Assembly: GCA_963758635.1 (NCBI GenBank)
Contig: CAVWWD010000009.1
Location: forward strand, 1 to 64,000
Reading direction: 5' to 3'
Source of the DNA: an uncultured Candidatus Rokubacteria bacterium
Lineage (GTDB): Bacteria; Methylomirabilota; Methylomirabilia; Rokubacteriales; CSP1-6
Length of the DNA stretch: 64,000 nucleotides
Made by a program: the position numbers and the translations under genes. The notes beneath the pieces were generated by a model that did not search any database, was not told the origin of the DNA, and was given only the letters and a program-made list of their open reading frames with translations. Positions 32,774-42,478 of the stretch are shown in pieces; position 1 is the stretch's first letter; the number at the start of each line of letters is the position of its first letter.

Positions 32774-35700
32774 TCACGCACCCGACTCCTGTCGCACGCT
32801 GGCGGCGACAGGGCGCGCACCTCAACGAGCAGCGCCTCCCGGCTGTACGCGCCCTTCGGAGGATCCGCGTCGCCGACCCGTTGAGCCGATCGTGGTCCCG
32901 GCCGACAGGTGCAGGACGGTCAGGACGATCACCGGGATGTCGCGCTATCGCTCCTCGCGGCGAAGCGGGGCCATGAACTCGAACCCGTCCATCTCCGGCA
33001 TCATCAGGTCCAGCAGCACCAGCCCCGCGCGCCTCCCGCACGCTCTCCAGCGCCGCCCGGCCGTCCGCCGCCTCCGCCACCTCGTATCCCTCCCGCTCCA
33101 GCTTCCGGCGCAGTCACTCGCGGATCGCCGCGTCGTCCTCGACCAGCAGCACCGTCCGATCCGCCGGCTGACGCGTCCGAAGCACCCGGCGAGCCGCTCC
33201 CAGTCGATCGGCTTGGTCAGGAACTCCGACGCGCCGAGCGCGAAGCCGCGGGACTTGTCGTCCACGATCGTCAGCATCACCACGGGGATTCTGCGGTCGC
33301 CGGGTCCGCCTTCAGCGCGGCCAGCACCGTCCAGCCGTCCATGCCCGGCATCATCACGTCCAGCATGATCGCTCGGGCCGCGAGCTCCCGCGCGAGCCGC
33401 GGCCCCTCCTCGCCCCCGGCGGCGACCGCGAACCGGAAACCCTCCCGGCCGAGCAACCGACTCAACAGGTCCCGGACCGCCGGGTCGTCGTCGATGACGA
33501 GGACCAGGCTCCGCCGCCGGACCTCGCGGCGCAGCCCGAGGCCGCCTCCGCGGCCGGCGCCGCCACCTCCGCCGGCAGCCGCACCGTGAAGGTCAGCCCT
33601 GGCCCGGCACGCTCTCGACCGTCAGGTCGCCGCCCATCAGCCGGCAGAACTGGCGGCTGATCGCCAGGCCCAGCCCGGTCCCCCCGTACGGCGGCTGGTG
33701 GAGGCCTCGGCCTGGGAGAACGCCTCGAACAGCCGGCCGAGCTGCTCCTCCGTCATCCCGATCCCGGTGTCCGCGACGGCGAAGACGATCCAGTCGTCGG
33801 CGTCCTCGCGTGCGCCGTCAGCGTGATCGTGCCCCGTCGGTGAACTTGGCGGCGTTGGAGAGCAGGTTGAACAGCGCCTGCCGACCTTCGTCTGGTCGGC
33901 GTGCATCGTCGCCGATGTCGGCGGGGCAGGCGACGTCCAGGCGTTGCCGTTCTTCTCGACCAGCGGCTGGACGATCGCCGCGACGTCCTGGACCAGCTCG
34001 CCACGTCGAACGCCTCCAGGAACAGGTCCATCTGCCCGGCCTCGATCTTGGAGAGGTCGAGGATGTCGTTGATCAGCCCCAGCAGGTGCTTGCCCGCCGC
34101 GTTGATCCTCTGGAGGTCGGGGATGAACGCCTCCTGCCCGAGGTCCTCGGCCTCCTCCTGGAGCATCTCGGAGTAGCCGATGATGGCGTTCAGCGGCGTG
34201 CGCAGCTCGTGGGACATGTTGGCCAGGAACTGCGACTTGTGCTCGCGTTCGCCACGCTCGAGCTGCGCGGAACAGCCGCGCGTTCTGGATCGCCAGCGCC
34301 GACTGGGTGGCGAACGTCTGTGAGCAGCGCGACGATGTCCTCGGGAACTCGCCGGCGCCGGTTGCGGGTGATGACCAGGCTGCCGAGCAGGCGCGTCCTT
34401 CGCGGAGCATCGGCACGGCGAGGACGGCGCGCACGCCCACCCGGATCAGCGCTCGCGCAGCGACCCGCGTAGGCGCCCTCGGCGCGCGACGTCCGCGAAC
34501 TGCGGCCGGCTGGAGGGTCGACCGCGGACTGCCCGACCGCGCCCTCGCCCTTGCGCAGCCGCGTCGCGCGCATCTCCTGACCAGTCCTCGTCGGCGTTAG
34601 CGTCGTGCGGAGCTCGAACTCTCCCGGCCTCGTCGTACTCGTAGATCGACGCCCCCGTCGACGCCCGAGAGCTGGACGGCGCGCGACGACGATGGTCGTC
34701 AGGACCGTGCTCGAGATCGAGCGACGAGCTCACCGCCTGGCCGACCTCGCCGAGCGCCGTGAGCCGATCGACCGAGCGGCTCAGGTCGCCGGTGCGCGCC
34801 TCCAGCTCCTTGAACAGCCGCACGTTCTCGATGGCGATGACCGCCTGGTCGGCGAAGGTCTGGAGCAGCGCGACCTGCGCGTCCGTGAAGGGGCTGGCCT
34901 CCGTCCGGCGCGAGCTGATCGCGCCGATGGCGAACCGCCCGTCGCGGAGCATCGGCACGCTCAGGACCGCGGCGGGGCCCATGGGCCGCGCGTATCTCGC
35001 TGCCTTCCGGGAACTCGGCGGCCTCGGCTGGCATGTCGGGACGTGGACGACCGGCCCGTCGAGCAACGGCGCGGCCATGTGCTCGTGCCGTCGGACCGGC
35101 GGGAGCGTCGGATGGACGGCGCGAACTCGGCGCCTCGAGCGGGCGGCGAGCCGCAGTGCAGCCGCTCACCGTCGAAGCCGGTAACCATCAGGCGTCTCGC
35201 ACAGTCGCACGGCGCTCTGCGCGATGGCGTCGAAGACCGGCTGCACGTCCGTCAGCGAGCTCGAGATCACCCGCAGGATCTCGCTGGTCGCCGTCTGCTG
35301 CTCGAGGGCCTCGGTCAGGTCCGCGTTCCGCGCCTCGAGCTCCCTGAACAGGCGCACGTTCTCGATCGCGATCACCGCCTGGTCGGCGAAGGTCTGGAGC
35401 AGCGCGACCTGGGGGTCGGGAACAGGCGCGCCTCCTCCGCGCGTGATGCTGAGCGCGCCGATGGACACGCCCTCGCGGAGCATCGGGCACCCGATCTGGC
35501 TGCGGAGGCCGAGGCGGGGGCCGCTCGCGGGCCCCGGGACCGCCTCCACGTCCGGCACGTGCACGATCCGGCCTCTCGAGGAAGGCGGGTCGAGGCCGTC
35601 CGCCGCCGCCATCAGCGGGAATCGCGTCCGTCGAGGGCCGCGATCGGCCTCCGTGTATGTTTCAACGCGCCGCAAGATGGATCCGCCCGCCGTCGAGCTG

Positions 35701-38502
35701 GATTCACCGATCCGAACCGGCCGCCGCACAGTCGCGCGGCGTCTGCGGCGATCGTGTCGAAGACCGGCTGCACGTCCGTCGGCGAGCTCGAGATAACCCG
35801 GAGAATCTCGCTCGTCGCCGTCTGCTGCTCGAGCGCTCGGTCGAGGTCCGTGTTCCGGGTCTCCAGCTCCCGGAACAGGCGCACGTTCTCGATGGCGATC
35901 ACCGCCTGGTCGGCGAAGGTCTGGAGCAGGGCGACCTGGCGTCGGTGGAACAGCCCCGCCTCCGCCCGCGTGATGCTGATCGCGCCGATGGGCGCGCCCT
36001 CGCGGGGCATCGGCACGCACGATCTGCTCCGGAACCCGAGGGGACGAGCCAGTCCTGCGACGCGAGCCCGGGGTCGGCCAGCACGTCCGGGACGTGCACG
36101 ATCCGACTTCCCGGATGCTCCGGGGGCGACGTCCGCCGCCGGCGGGCGCGGATACGGTCTCCGTTAGGCCGCGAGGGCCTCGGCGTTGAATGATGCGTCG
36201 CGCGAGATGGATATGCCCGCCGTCGAGCCGATGAACGCTCCCCGAACCGCCCCCCGCACAGGCGCATGGCGTCGACGATGGTCTCGAAGACCGGCTGCAA
36301 ATCGGTCGGGGAGCTGCTGATCACCCGGAGGATCTCGGCCGTCGCCGTCTGCTGCTCGAGCGCCTCCGTGACCGGCGTTCCGTTGCTGCAGATCGCGGAA
36401 CAGCCGCGCGTTCTCGATGGCGATCACTGCCTGGTCGGCGAAAGTCTGCAGAGGGTGACTGCTTGCCGGGAACCGCCCGGCCTGGCGGGCCACGCTGATC
36501 GCCCCGATGGCTCGCCTTCCAGCAGCATCGGAACGTGACGATGCCCCGGAACCGACGGCGCGGGCCAGCGCGTGAGCCGTCACTCGGCGATCGGTGCGAG
36601 CCGTCGGGGAAGTGCTGCACGATCCGTCCCGCTCGGTCCGCTCACGCCGGCCACGGTGGTCCGGTCGGGAGCCGCCGGGGAACGCCCCGCCACGAACGCC
36701 TCGGCGGCGCCGGCGTAAGAACTCCGTCGCCACGAGGTGGAGCGGCCGTCCACCATCCGGACGAGACGGCGCCGAACCGCCCACCGCACAGACGCAGCGC
36801 GTTCCGCTCGATCGCCTCGAACACCGGCTGGGCGTCCGTCCGCGCGCCGCTGATCACGTGCAGGATCTCGCGCCGCCGCGGTCTGATGGGCGAGGACTCG
36901 CTGAGCTCCGGTTGCGCGCCCGAGCTCCCGGAACAGGCGCACGTTCTCGATGGCGATCACCGCCTGGTCGGCGAAGGTCTGGAGCAGCTCGACCTGGCGC
37001 GGTGAGAACAGCGCCGATCGCGGCGCGTCACCGCGATCACGCCGATAGCCTCGCCCGCGCGGAGCATGGGAACCATCAGGACCGTCTGGAAGCCCATGGT
37101 GCGCGCGAGGGCGACGGCCTGCGGAGATGCATCGGGGTGGCTCTCGACGCCGGCGACGTGCACGATCTGCCGCTCGCGGACGACCCGGGCCGAGAGAAGC
37201 GGGCGCACTGACGGGCCGCGGGAAGATCGCCCGCGCCGCGTCCACCCATTCCGGCCGAAGGGCGGTGGCGGCGGCGAAGTGGAGCGCGCGCCGTGGACAA
37301 GGATCACGCCGCAGGCTTCCGCCCCGCACACGCGGAGCGCGTTCGGCCCGATAACGTCGAACACGGGCTGCGCATCGGTCGGGGACCGCGCCGATCCGCG
37401 CAGCACCTCCGCCGTCGCCGTCTGCCGCTCCAGGGCCTCCGTCGTCTCGTTGAACAGACGCGCGTTCTCGATAGCGATCACGGCCTGGTCCGCGAACGTC
37501 TTGACCAGAGCCACCTCCCGCTCGCTGAAGGGCGGACCTCGGTGCGGTACAGCGTCATCGACCCGATGGGGACGCCCTCGCGGAGCAGGGGCAGGCCCAC
37601 GGTCGTGCGGATGCTCTCGCGCCGGATCGCGGGGACGATGTCCGGGTACTCCACTCAACCTCGGCCAGGAGGTCGGGCACTCGATGACCTGTCGATCGAC
37701 GATCGGCGCGGCCGGAGACCGACCCCCGAGTGATCGCGCGCGCCTCGCCCACCTCGAGGGTCGACTTGACCGGGCCGTAGCGGCTGATCAAGCGCATCGT
37801 GCCCCCCTCTTCCACGCGGAAGATCTGCGCGTTCTGCGCTTGGCAGAGGCGCGCCGCGTTCTCGACGAGCGCCTGCATCACGGGCTGGATGTCGGCCGGC
37901 GACGTACTGATGACCCGGAGGATCTCCGCCGTCGCCGTCTGCTGCTCGAGCGCGTCGGTCAGGCCTCGGTTGCGGACCTGGAGCTCGTTGAACAGCCGCG
38001 CGTTCTCGATGGCGATGGCCGCCTGGTCGGCGAACACCCGCAGCAGGGCGATCTGCTTGGGGGTGAAGGGCTTGACCTTCATGCGTCGGATGGTGATCAG
38101 CCCCACGGCGGCGTCGCCCCGGAGCATCGGCATGGCGAGCACGGTGCGAGCGCCCACCCGTTGGTTGATCGCCACGATGTCCGGATATCGGGTGGCGGCC
38201 ACCGGGCGGAGATCCCGGACATGGACCGGCCGCCGAGTCCGCAGCGCCTGGCCGCCTGGTGACCGGCTGAGGGCGGGGCGCAACGCCCCGATGCGCCGGA
38301 CCGTGCGGAGACGCCCGTGGTGGGCCACGAAGCGGAGCTGGTCGCCCTCGACCTGGTAGATCAGGGCGTCGCTCGCCTCGCAGAGACGCGCGGCGGTCCG
38401 GGCGATGCCGGCGAGGAGCTGGGCGAGGGCGAGCGAGGCCCCGCACCGCGGGCACGCCCGCGCCGTCTTCGATGCTTTGCCGCCGCAACGCGGACAGCTC
38501 GT
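32774..38502 (-). CDS. Giant hybrid histidine kinase 2: Zn-ribbon-8xGAF-HisKA-HATPase-2xREC (many frameshifts)
   Basis: CPRCG..CPRCG N-terminus; seven FADQAxIAIEN plus one [32 protein letters not shown] followed by ACG rather than ATG. Confidence 0.85.
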
Positions 38503-38549
38503 GGGTGTCCTCCGGCGAGGCCAGCAGGAGACTCTACAGCCCGCCCCGC

Positions 38550-38578
38550 AGTCTAGCGGCCGGGTTCAAGGGGGTCAA
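38550..38578 (-). promoter_or_regulatory. sigma70-like promoter of kinase 2
   Basis: TTGACC-17nt-TAGACT. Confidence 0.6.
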
Positions 38579-38653
38579 ACCACCTCGCGACGAGTCCGGC
38601 GGGGGACCGGCAGGAAGGGGCCGCTCGTCGAGCGCACGCGGACGGGCGCGACC

Positions 38654-38680
38654 GCCCCTCCAGGGGGAGAGGGTCGGGTT
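38654..38680. repeat. Partial BoxC/REP-like repeat, copy 4
   Basis: CCCCTCcagggGGAGAGGGtcggg abutting the ATPase stop codon. Confidence 0.55.
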
Positions 38681-39815
38681 ACCCGATCAGCTCGGCGAGA
38701 TCGCGGAGGGCCTCCTCCGCGGGAAGGATCTCGATCCCCGCGTCGTGCCTTCGGCGAGAGCCGGTGTAGACGAAGAACGCCTTCGCCTGGGGATGGTCCT
38801 CGCGGAACCGGCGCAGCCCTCGGAGGTCCTCCGGCCGCACGATCTGGGTCATCTTGACCTCGAAGGCCAGGAGACCCCGCTCGCCGTACAGCACGAAGTC
38901 CACCTCGTCGCCGGTCGCCGTGCGCCAGTAGTGGAGCGCGTAGCCCAGCTCCCCGTAGTCGTTGACCGCCCGCAGCTGTTGCAGGAAGAGGGTTTCCAGC
39001 GCGGCGCCGCGGATCTCCTCGGGCGAGTCCAGCGGTCCGCGCGGCCGGATGGCCTGGAACACGCCGGCGTCGAAGAAGTAGAACTTCGGATGGGCGACGA
39101 CCCGCCGCTTGGCGCGCCGGGTGAAGACGGGAAGCCGCACGGCGATCAGGAGATCCTCGAGGATGCTGAAGTAGTCCTCGGCCACCTTGGCGTTGACCGC
39201 GCTCTCCCGGGCCACGGCGGCCATGTTCAGGACGGCGCCTTGCGAGAAGCTCGCCGCCTCCAGGAATCGCGCGAACGCCGCCAGGTTCCGGCGAACCCCT
39301 CCTGCTGGACCTCCTCGCGCAGGTAGGTGCTGACGTAGCTGCGGAGGTAGTCGCGCGGATCGGGCTCCGTGCACGCGAAGGGCAGACATCCGTGCTGGAG
39401 CGCCCGGCGCAGGTCGAAGTCCTGACCCAGCTCGGTCACCGTGAGCGGGTGCATGAAGCGCGTGAACGGCACGCCCGGCGAGGAGGTTGATGCCCCTGCG
39501 CCGGAGCTTCCGGGCGCTCGATCCCGTGAGCACGAAGCGGAGCCGCCGCGCCTCGATGAGCCGGTGGACCTCGTTCAGCAGATCGGGCAGCCGCTGGATC
39601 TCGTCCAGGACCACCCAGCCTCTGTATCCGGCGGGGATCTCGTCGCCGAGCCGACCGGGGGCGGCGAGAAGACGGGTATAGGGATCGGCGTCGAGGAGGT
39701 CGAAGAACGGGACGTCAGGAAAGCGCGCCCGCAGCCACGCCGTCTTACCCACACCGCGGGGGCCGAAGAGGAAGAAGCTCTGCCGCCGGGGCGGCTCGAG
39801 CTGTCGCGCGTACAT
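38679..39815 (-). CDS. AAA+ ATPase with DUF4143 / PD-(D/E)xK-like C-terminus (local double frameshift)
   Basis: GPRGVGKT, VLDEIQ, LTGSSA, LAGRA, KFYFFDAG, EVDFV..FEVK. Confidence 0.9.
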   Translation of the reverse strand: MYARQLEPPRRQSFFLFGPRGVGKTAWLRARFPDVPFFDLLDADPYTRLLAAPGRLGDEIPAGYRGWVVLDEIQRLPDLLNEVHRLIEARRLRFVLTGSSARKLRRRGINLLAGRAVHALHAPAHGDRAGSGLRPAPGAPARMSALRVHGARSARLPPQLRQHLPARGGPAGGVRRNLAAFARFLEAASFSQGAVLNMAAVARESAVNAKVAEDYFSILEDLLIAVRLPVFTRRAKRRVVAHPKFYFFDAGVFQAIRPRGPLDSPEEIRGAALETLFLQQLRAVNDYGELGYALHYWRTATGDEVDFVLYGERGLLAFEVKMTQIVRPEDLRGLRRFREDHPQAKAFFVYTGSRRRHDAGIEILPAEEALRDLAELIG

Positions 39816-39845
39816 GAGTCATTTTTATCATGAAAAAAAGACTGA
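39816..39845. promoter_or_regulatory. AT-rich inverted repeat, candidate operator of the ATPase gene
   Basis: AGTCatttttaTCATGAaaaaaaGACT directly before the start codon. Confidence 0.5.
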
Positions 39846-39942
39846 TGCGAGTCTGGAACCAGCGCCTCGCCGAGCGGGCGATCGGAGTGCCGGTGTCCCT
39901 CTGTCTCCCCGGACGAACGGACGAGGGACGGGGCGGAAGGGC

Positions 39943-40682
39943 CTACAGGTAGCGCGTCGGCCACATGACGGTGCGCCACATGTGGGCGGGGGGCTGCCGT
40001 CGAAGCCGAGGCCTTCCGCGGGCTGCCGGAAGTTCCGGCCGACCACGTCGGTGAACTCCTCGAGCTCGACCTTCACGGTCGGGTCGAACGCGTAGAGGTC
40101 GTTGACGGTGATCAGGCGCGAGGTCATGTACCAGCGGTGCGCGCGCGCCTCCCGGTACGCCGCCTCGATGTACGGCTCGGGCCGATAGTCCGGGCCGAAG
40201 AGCTTCACGTACATCTCGGGGTAGGCGTAGCCGACGGAGTCGTCGGCGTAGAAGCGCAGGGCCTGGTGGTACCGGATGGCCCAGCTCACCTCCGGATCGA
40301 CGTACGGCTCGACGAGCTGCGCCGACCAGTAGCCGTGGTCGCTCCGGATGAAGCCGGAGATCGCCACGTCGTGGAGCAGGCACGCGAGCACCACCTTCTC
40401 GTCCACGCCGTTCTTCATGGCGAGCCGTGCGCTCTGCATCAGGTGGTTGGCCGGCGCGAAGCGATACCGGAAGAAGTCGAACAGCGTGGGCCGGGCGGGC
40501 ATGCGGGGCAGGCGCGGGTCGTCGCCCATGAGGTAGAGCCGGCCCCGGTCGTCCGGGCGCGGCGCGGGCACCCGCGGATCGCGCTCGCCGGACGTGTAGA
40601 TCACCGACTTCACGATGACGAGCCGGTCCAGCTCCTGGCTCAGCGCGTGCTCGGCGGCCTCGGCGCGTTCGAGTGTGCTCAT
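39943..40682 (-). CDS. HD-domain protein (frameshift near 39990)
   Basis: NHLMQSARLA..ACLLHD..DHG..RYH. Confidence 0.8.
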
Positions 40683-40803
40683 GAGCGGATCATTCGCCTC
40701 TCCCCGCTCGCCTGTCAAGTTTCACCGGAGCCGCCGGCTTCCACGCCACCATGCGTGAAATCCTCATCAATCGATGTACGTTGCAGCTACAAGGGAGGTG
40801 CCC

Positions 40804-41010
40804 ATGCGCACCACGTTCGATCTCGATGACGACCTACTGGCGGAGGCGGCGCGCCTCACCGGCACGACCGAGCGAACCGCCCTGATCCACGAAGGACTAC
40901 GCGCGCTGATCCAGCGCGAGAGCGCGCGGCGACTCGCGCGGCTGGGCGCGACCGAGCCCTTGCTCCGTCTCCCGTTGCGCCGTCGCCCCAAGCGCCCGCG
41001 AGGCCGATGA
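40804..41010 (+). CDS. vapB: VapB-type antitoxin, orphaned
   Basis: MRTTFDLDDDLLAEAARLTG..ALIHEGLRALIQRESARRLARLG; GGAGG RBS. Confidence 0.85.
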   Translation: MRTTFDLDDDLLAEAARLTGTTERTALIHEGLRALIQRESARRLARLGATEPLLRLPLRRRPKRPRGR

Positions 41011-41066
41011 TGCTGATCCACACCTCATCTCGGTCGAACACGCCGGAACCCGAATCGCGACACTAG
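41007..41066 (+). pseudogene. Degenerate vapC 5' remnant
   Basis: ATGA overlap, MMLIHTS resembles M-I-L-V-D-T-S, early stop. Confidence 0.5.
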
Positions 41067-41132
41067 CCACATGAGCTCGGGAGACTTCAGAGCACCTTGT
41101 GGCGCCCGCCGGAGAAGAAGCGTGCGGAGGGC

Positions 41133-41677
41133 TACCGCCAGACGGCGGCCGGATCGAAGGTCAGGCCCGTGAGCGGGGGTAAGGCCGCGGCTGTTCGCGC
41201 ATCGAGACCGCCAACGGTCTCGTATGATTCCCCGGCGAGCCGAAGCGCCTGCATCGTCCGCGCAGAGGGGTCGACGATCCAGTAGTGCGGGACACGTGTC
41301 GCGCGTAGAGAGCCTGCTTGACGCCGCGGTCCCGGGCGCTCGTCGAGGGCGAGAGCACCTCGACGACCAGCGTCGGCGCGCCTTCGATGGCCCGCTCGCT
41401 GACGATGTCCGAGCCGACTGCGTCTCGACGTAGACGAGGTCGGGCTGCACGACGGTGATACGACTCAGGATCACGTCGATGGGCGAGAGGAACACCTCTC
41501 CGAGCCCGTGATGACGAACGTGGTCGCCATCAGCATGTGCAGGTTGCCGATGACCAGCTGGTGGCGTGGACGTGGCGCAGGGGTCACGATCAGCTCGCCT
41601 TCGTACAGCTCGTATCGGCGGCCGTCGTCCGGCAACGCGGCGTAGTCGTCGTAGGTCAGGATGGTTCGCGCCGACAT
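41133..41677 (-). CDS. Uma2/DUF820 family endonuclease-fold protein (frameshifted)
   Basis: TYDDYAALPDDGRRYELYEGEL..PAP..HQ, VQPDL, APTLVVEVLSPST, YWIVDP. Confidence 0.9.
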
Positions 41678-41759
41678 CACTCCGCCCCTTCCGACACGAG
41701 TGTAGCATCGGCAGATTCCGCCCCGTCGAGCGCACGTCAATGTCCACTCTCGGATACAG

Positions 41760-42478
41760 GCGTTGAGGCCGGGATCCAGCACGAAGTACACGCGGCGGTT
41801 CACCTTCCCCTTGTTCTCGGTCTTCGTGAGCTCGAGCCGGCCGATCTCCTCGAGGCTTGCCACGTGGCAGCCGCCGTCGGCCTGGGTGTCGAAGCCCACG
41901 ATGTCCACGAGGCGGAGCTCGGCGAGGTCGTGCGGGAAACCGGTCTCGAGCTTGAAGAGCTCCGGCCGGGCGAGGGCGTCGGCGGCGGGCACGAAGGACA
42001 CCCGAACGGGCAGGTTCCGCGCCACGAGCGCGTTCGACCGCCGGAAGCCCTCCTCCAGCACCGCGCGGTCGAACTGCTCGAACGCGAAGTCCACGCGCGC
42101 CTTGTCGGGCGTGAGCTGGTTCCCGGTCACGCGCACGTTGTAGTCGTTGAACATCACGCCGGTGAGCACGTGCGTGGCGGTGTGGTAGCGCATCAGGAGG
42201 TAGCGGCGCGCCCAGTCGAGCGCGCCGCGCACCGCGGCGCCCGCGCCGAGCCCGGGCCGGTCGATCCGGTGCAGGATGCCGTCCGGGGTGTCCACCGTCT
42301 CCACGACGCGGAACGTCTCGCCCCCGGGGACGGCCAGCGTCCCCTCGTCGCCGAGCACGCCGCCCCCGGTGGGGAAGAACGCCGTCCGGTCGAGGTGGAC
42401 GCCGTCGGACGATGCCCAGGTGACGCGCGCGTCGAACTCGCGGAGGTAGCTGTCGCGCTGGTAGAGGCGTTCGGTCAC
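41760..42478 (-). CDS. alaX: Alanyl-tRNA editing protein AlaX (3' end uncertain)
   Basis: TERLYQRDSYLREFDA, TAFFPTGGG, LMRYHTATH, QADGGCHV, ENKGKVNRRVY. Confidence 0.85.

Noticed and set aside
29900..32800. Integron cassette array
   Set aside because: No intI, mixed gene orientations, and no recognisable RYYYAAC..GTTRRRY attC sites by eye; a covariance search could overturn this.
25900..38100. Regularly spaced DNA repeats as CRISPR array or DGR template/variable repeats
   Set aside because: Period is about 530 nt and repeats are protein-coding GAF linkers; no cas or reverse transcriptase gene is in the window.
41860..41890. AlaX DGGCH in place of CGGTH
   Set aside because: DGGxH variants are known among free-standing AlaX proteins; not treated as novel.
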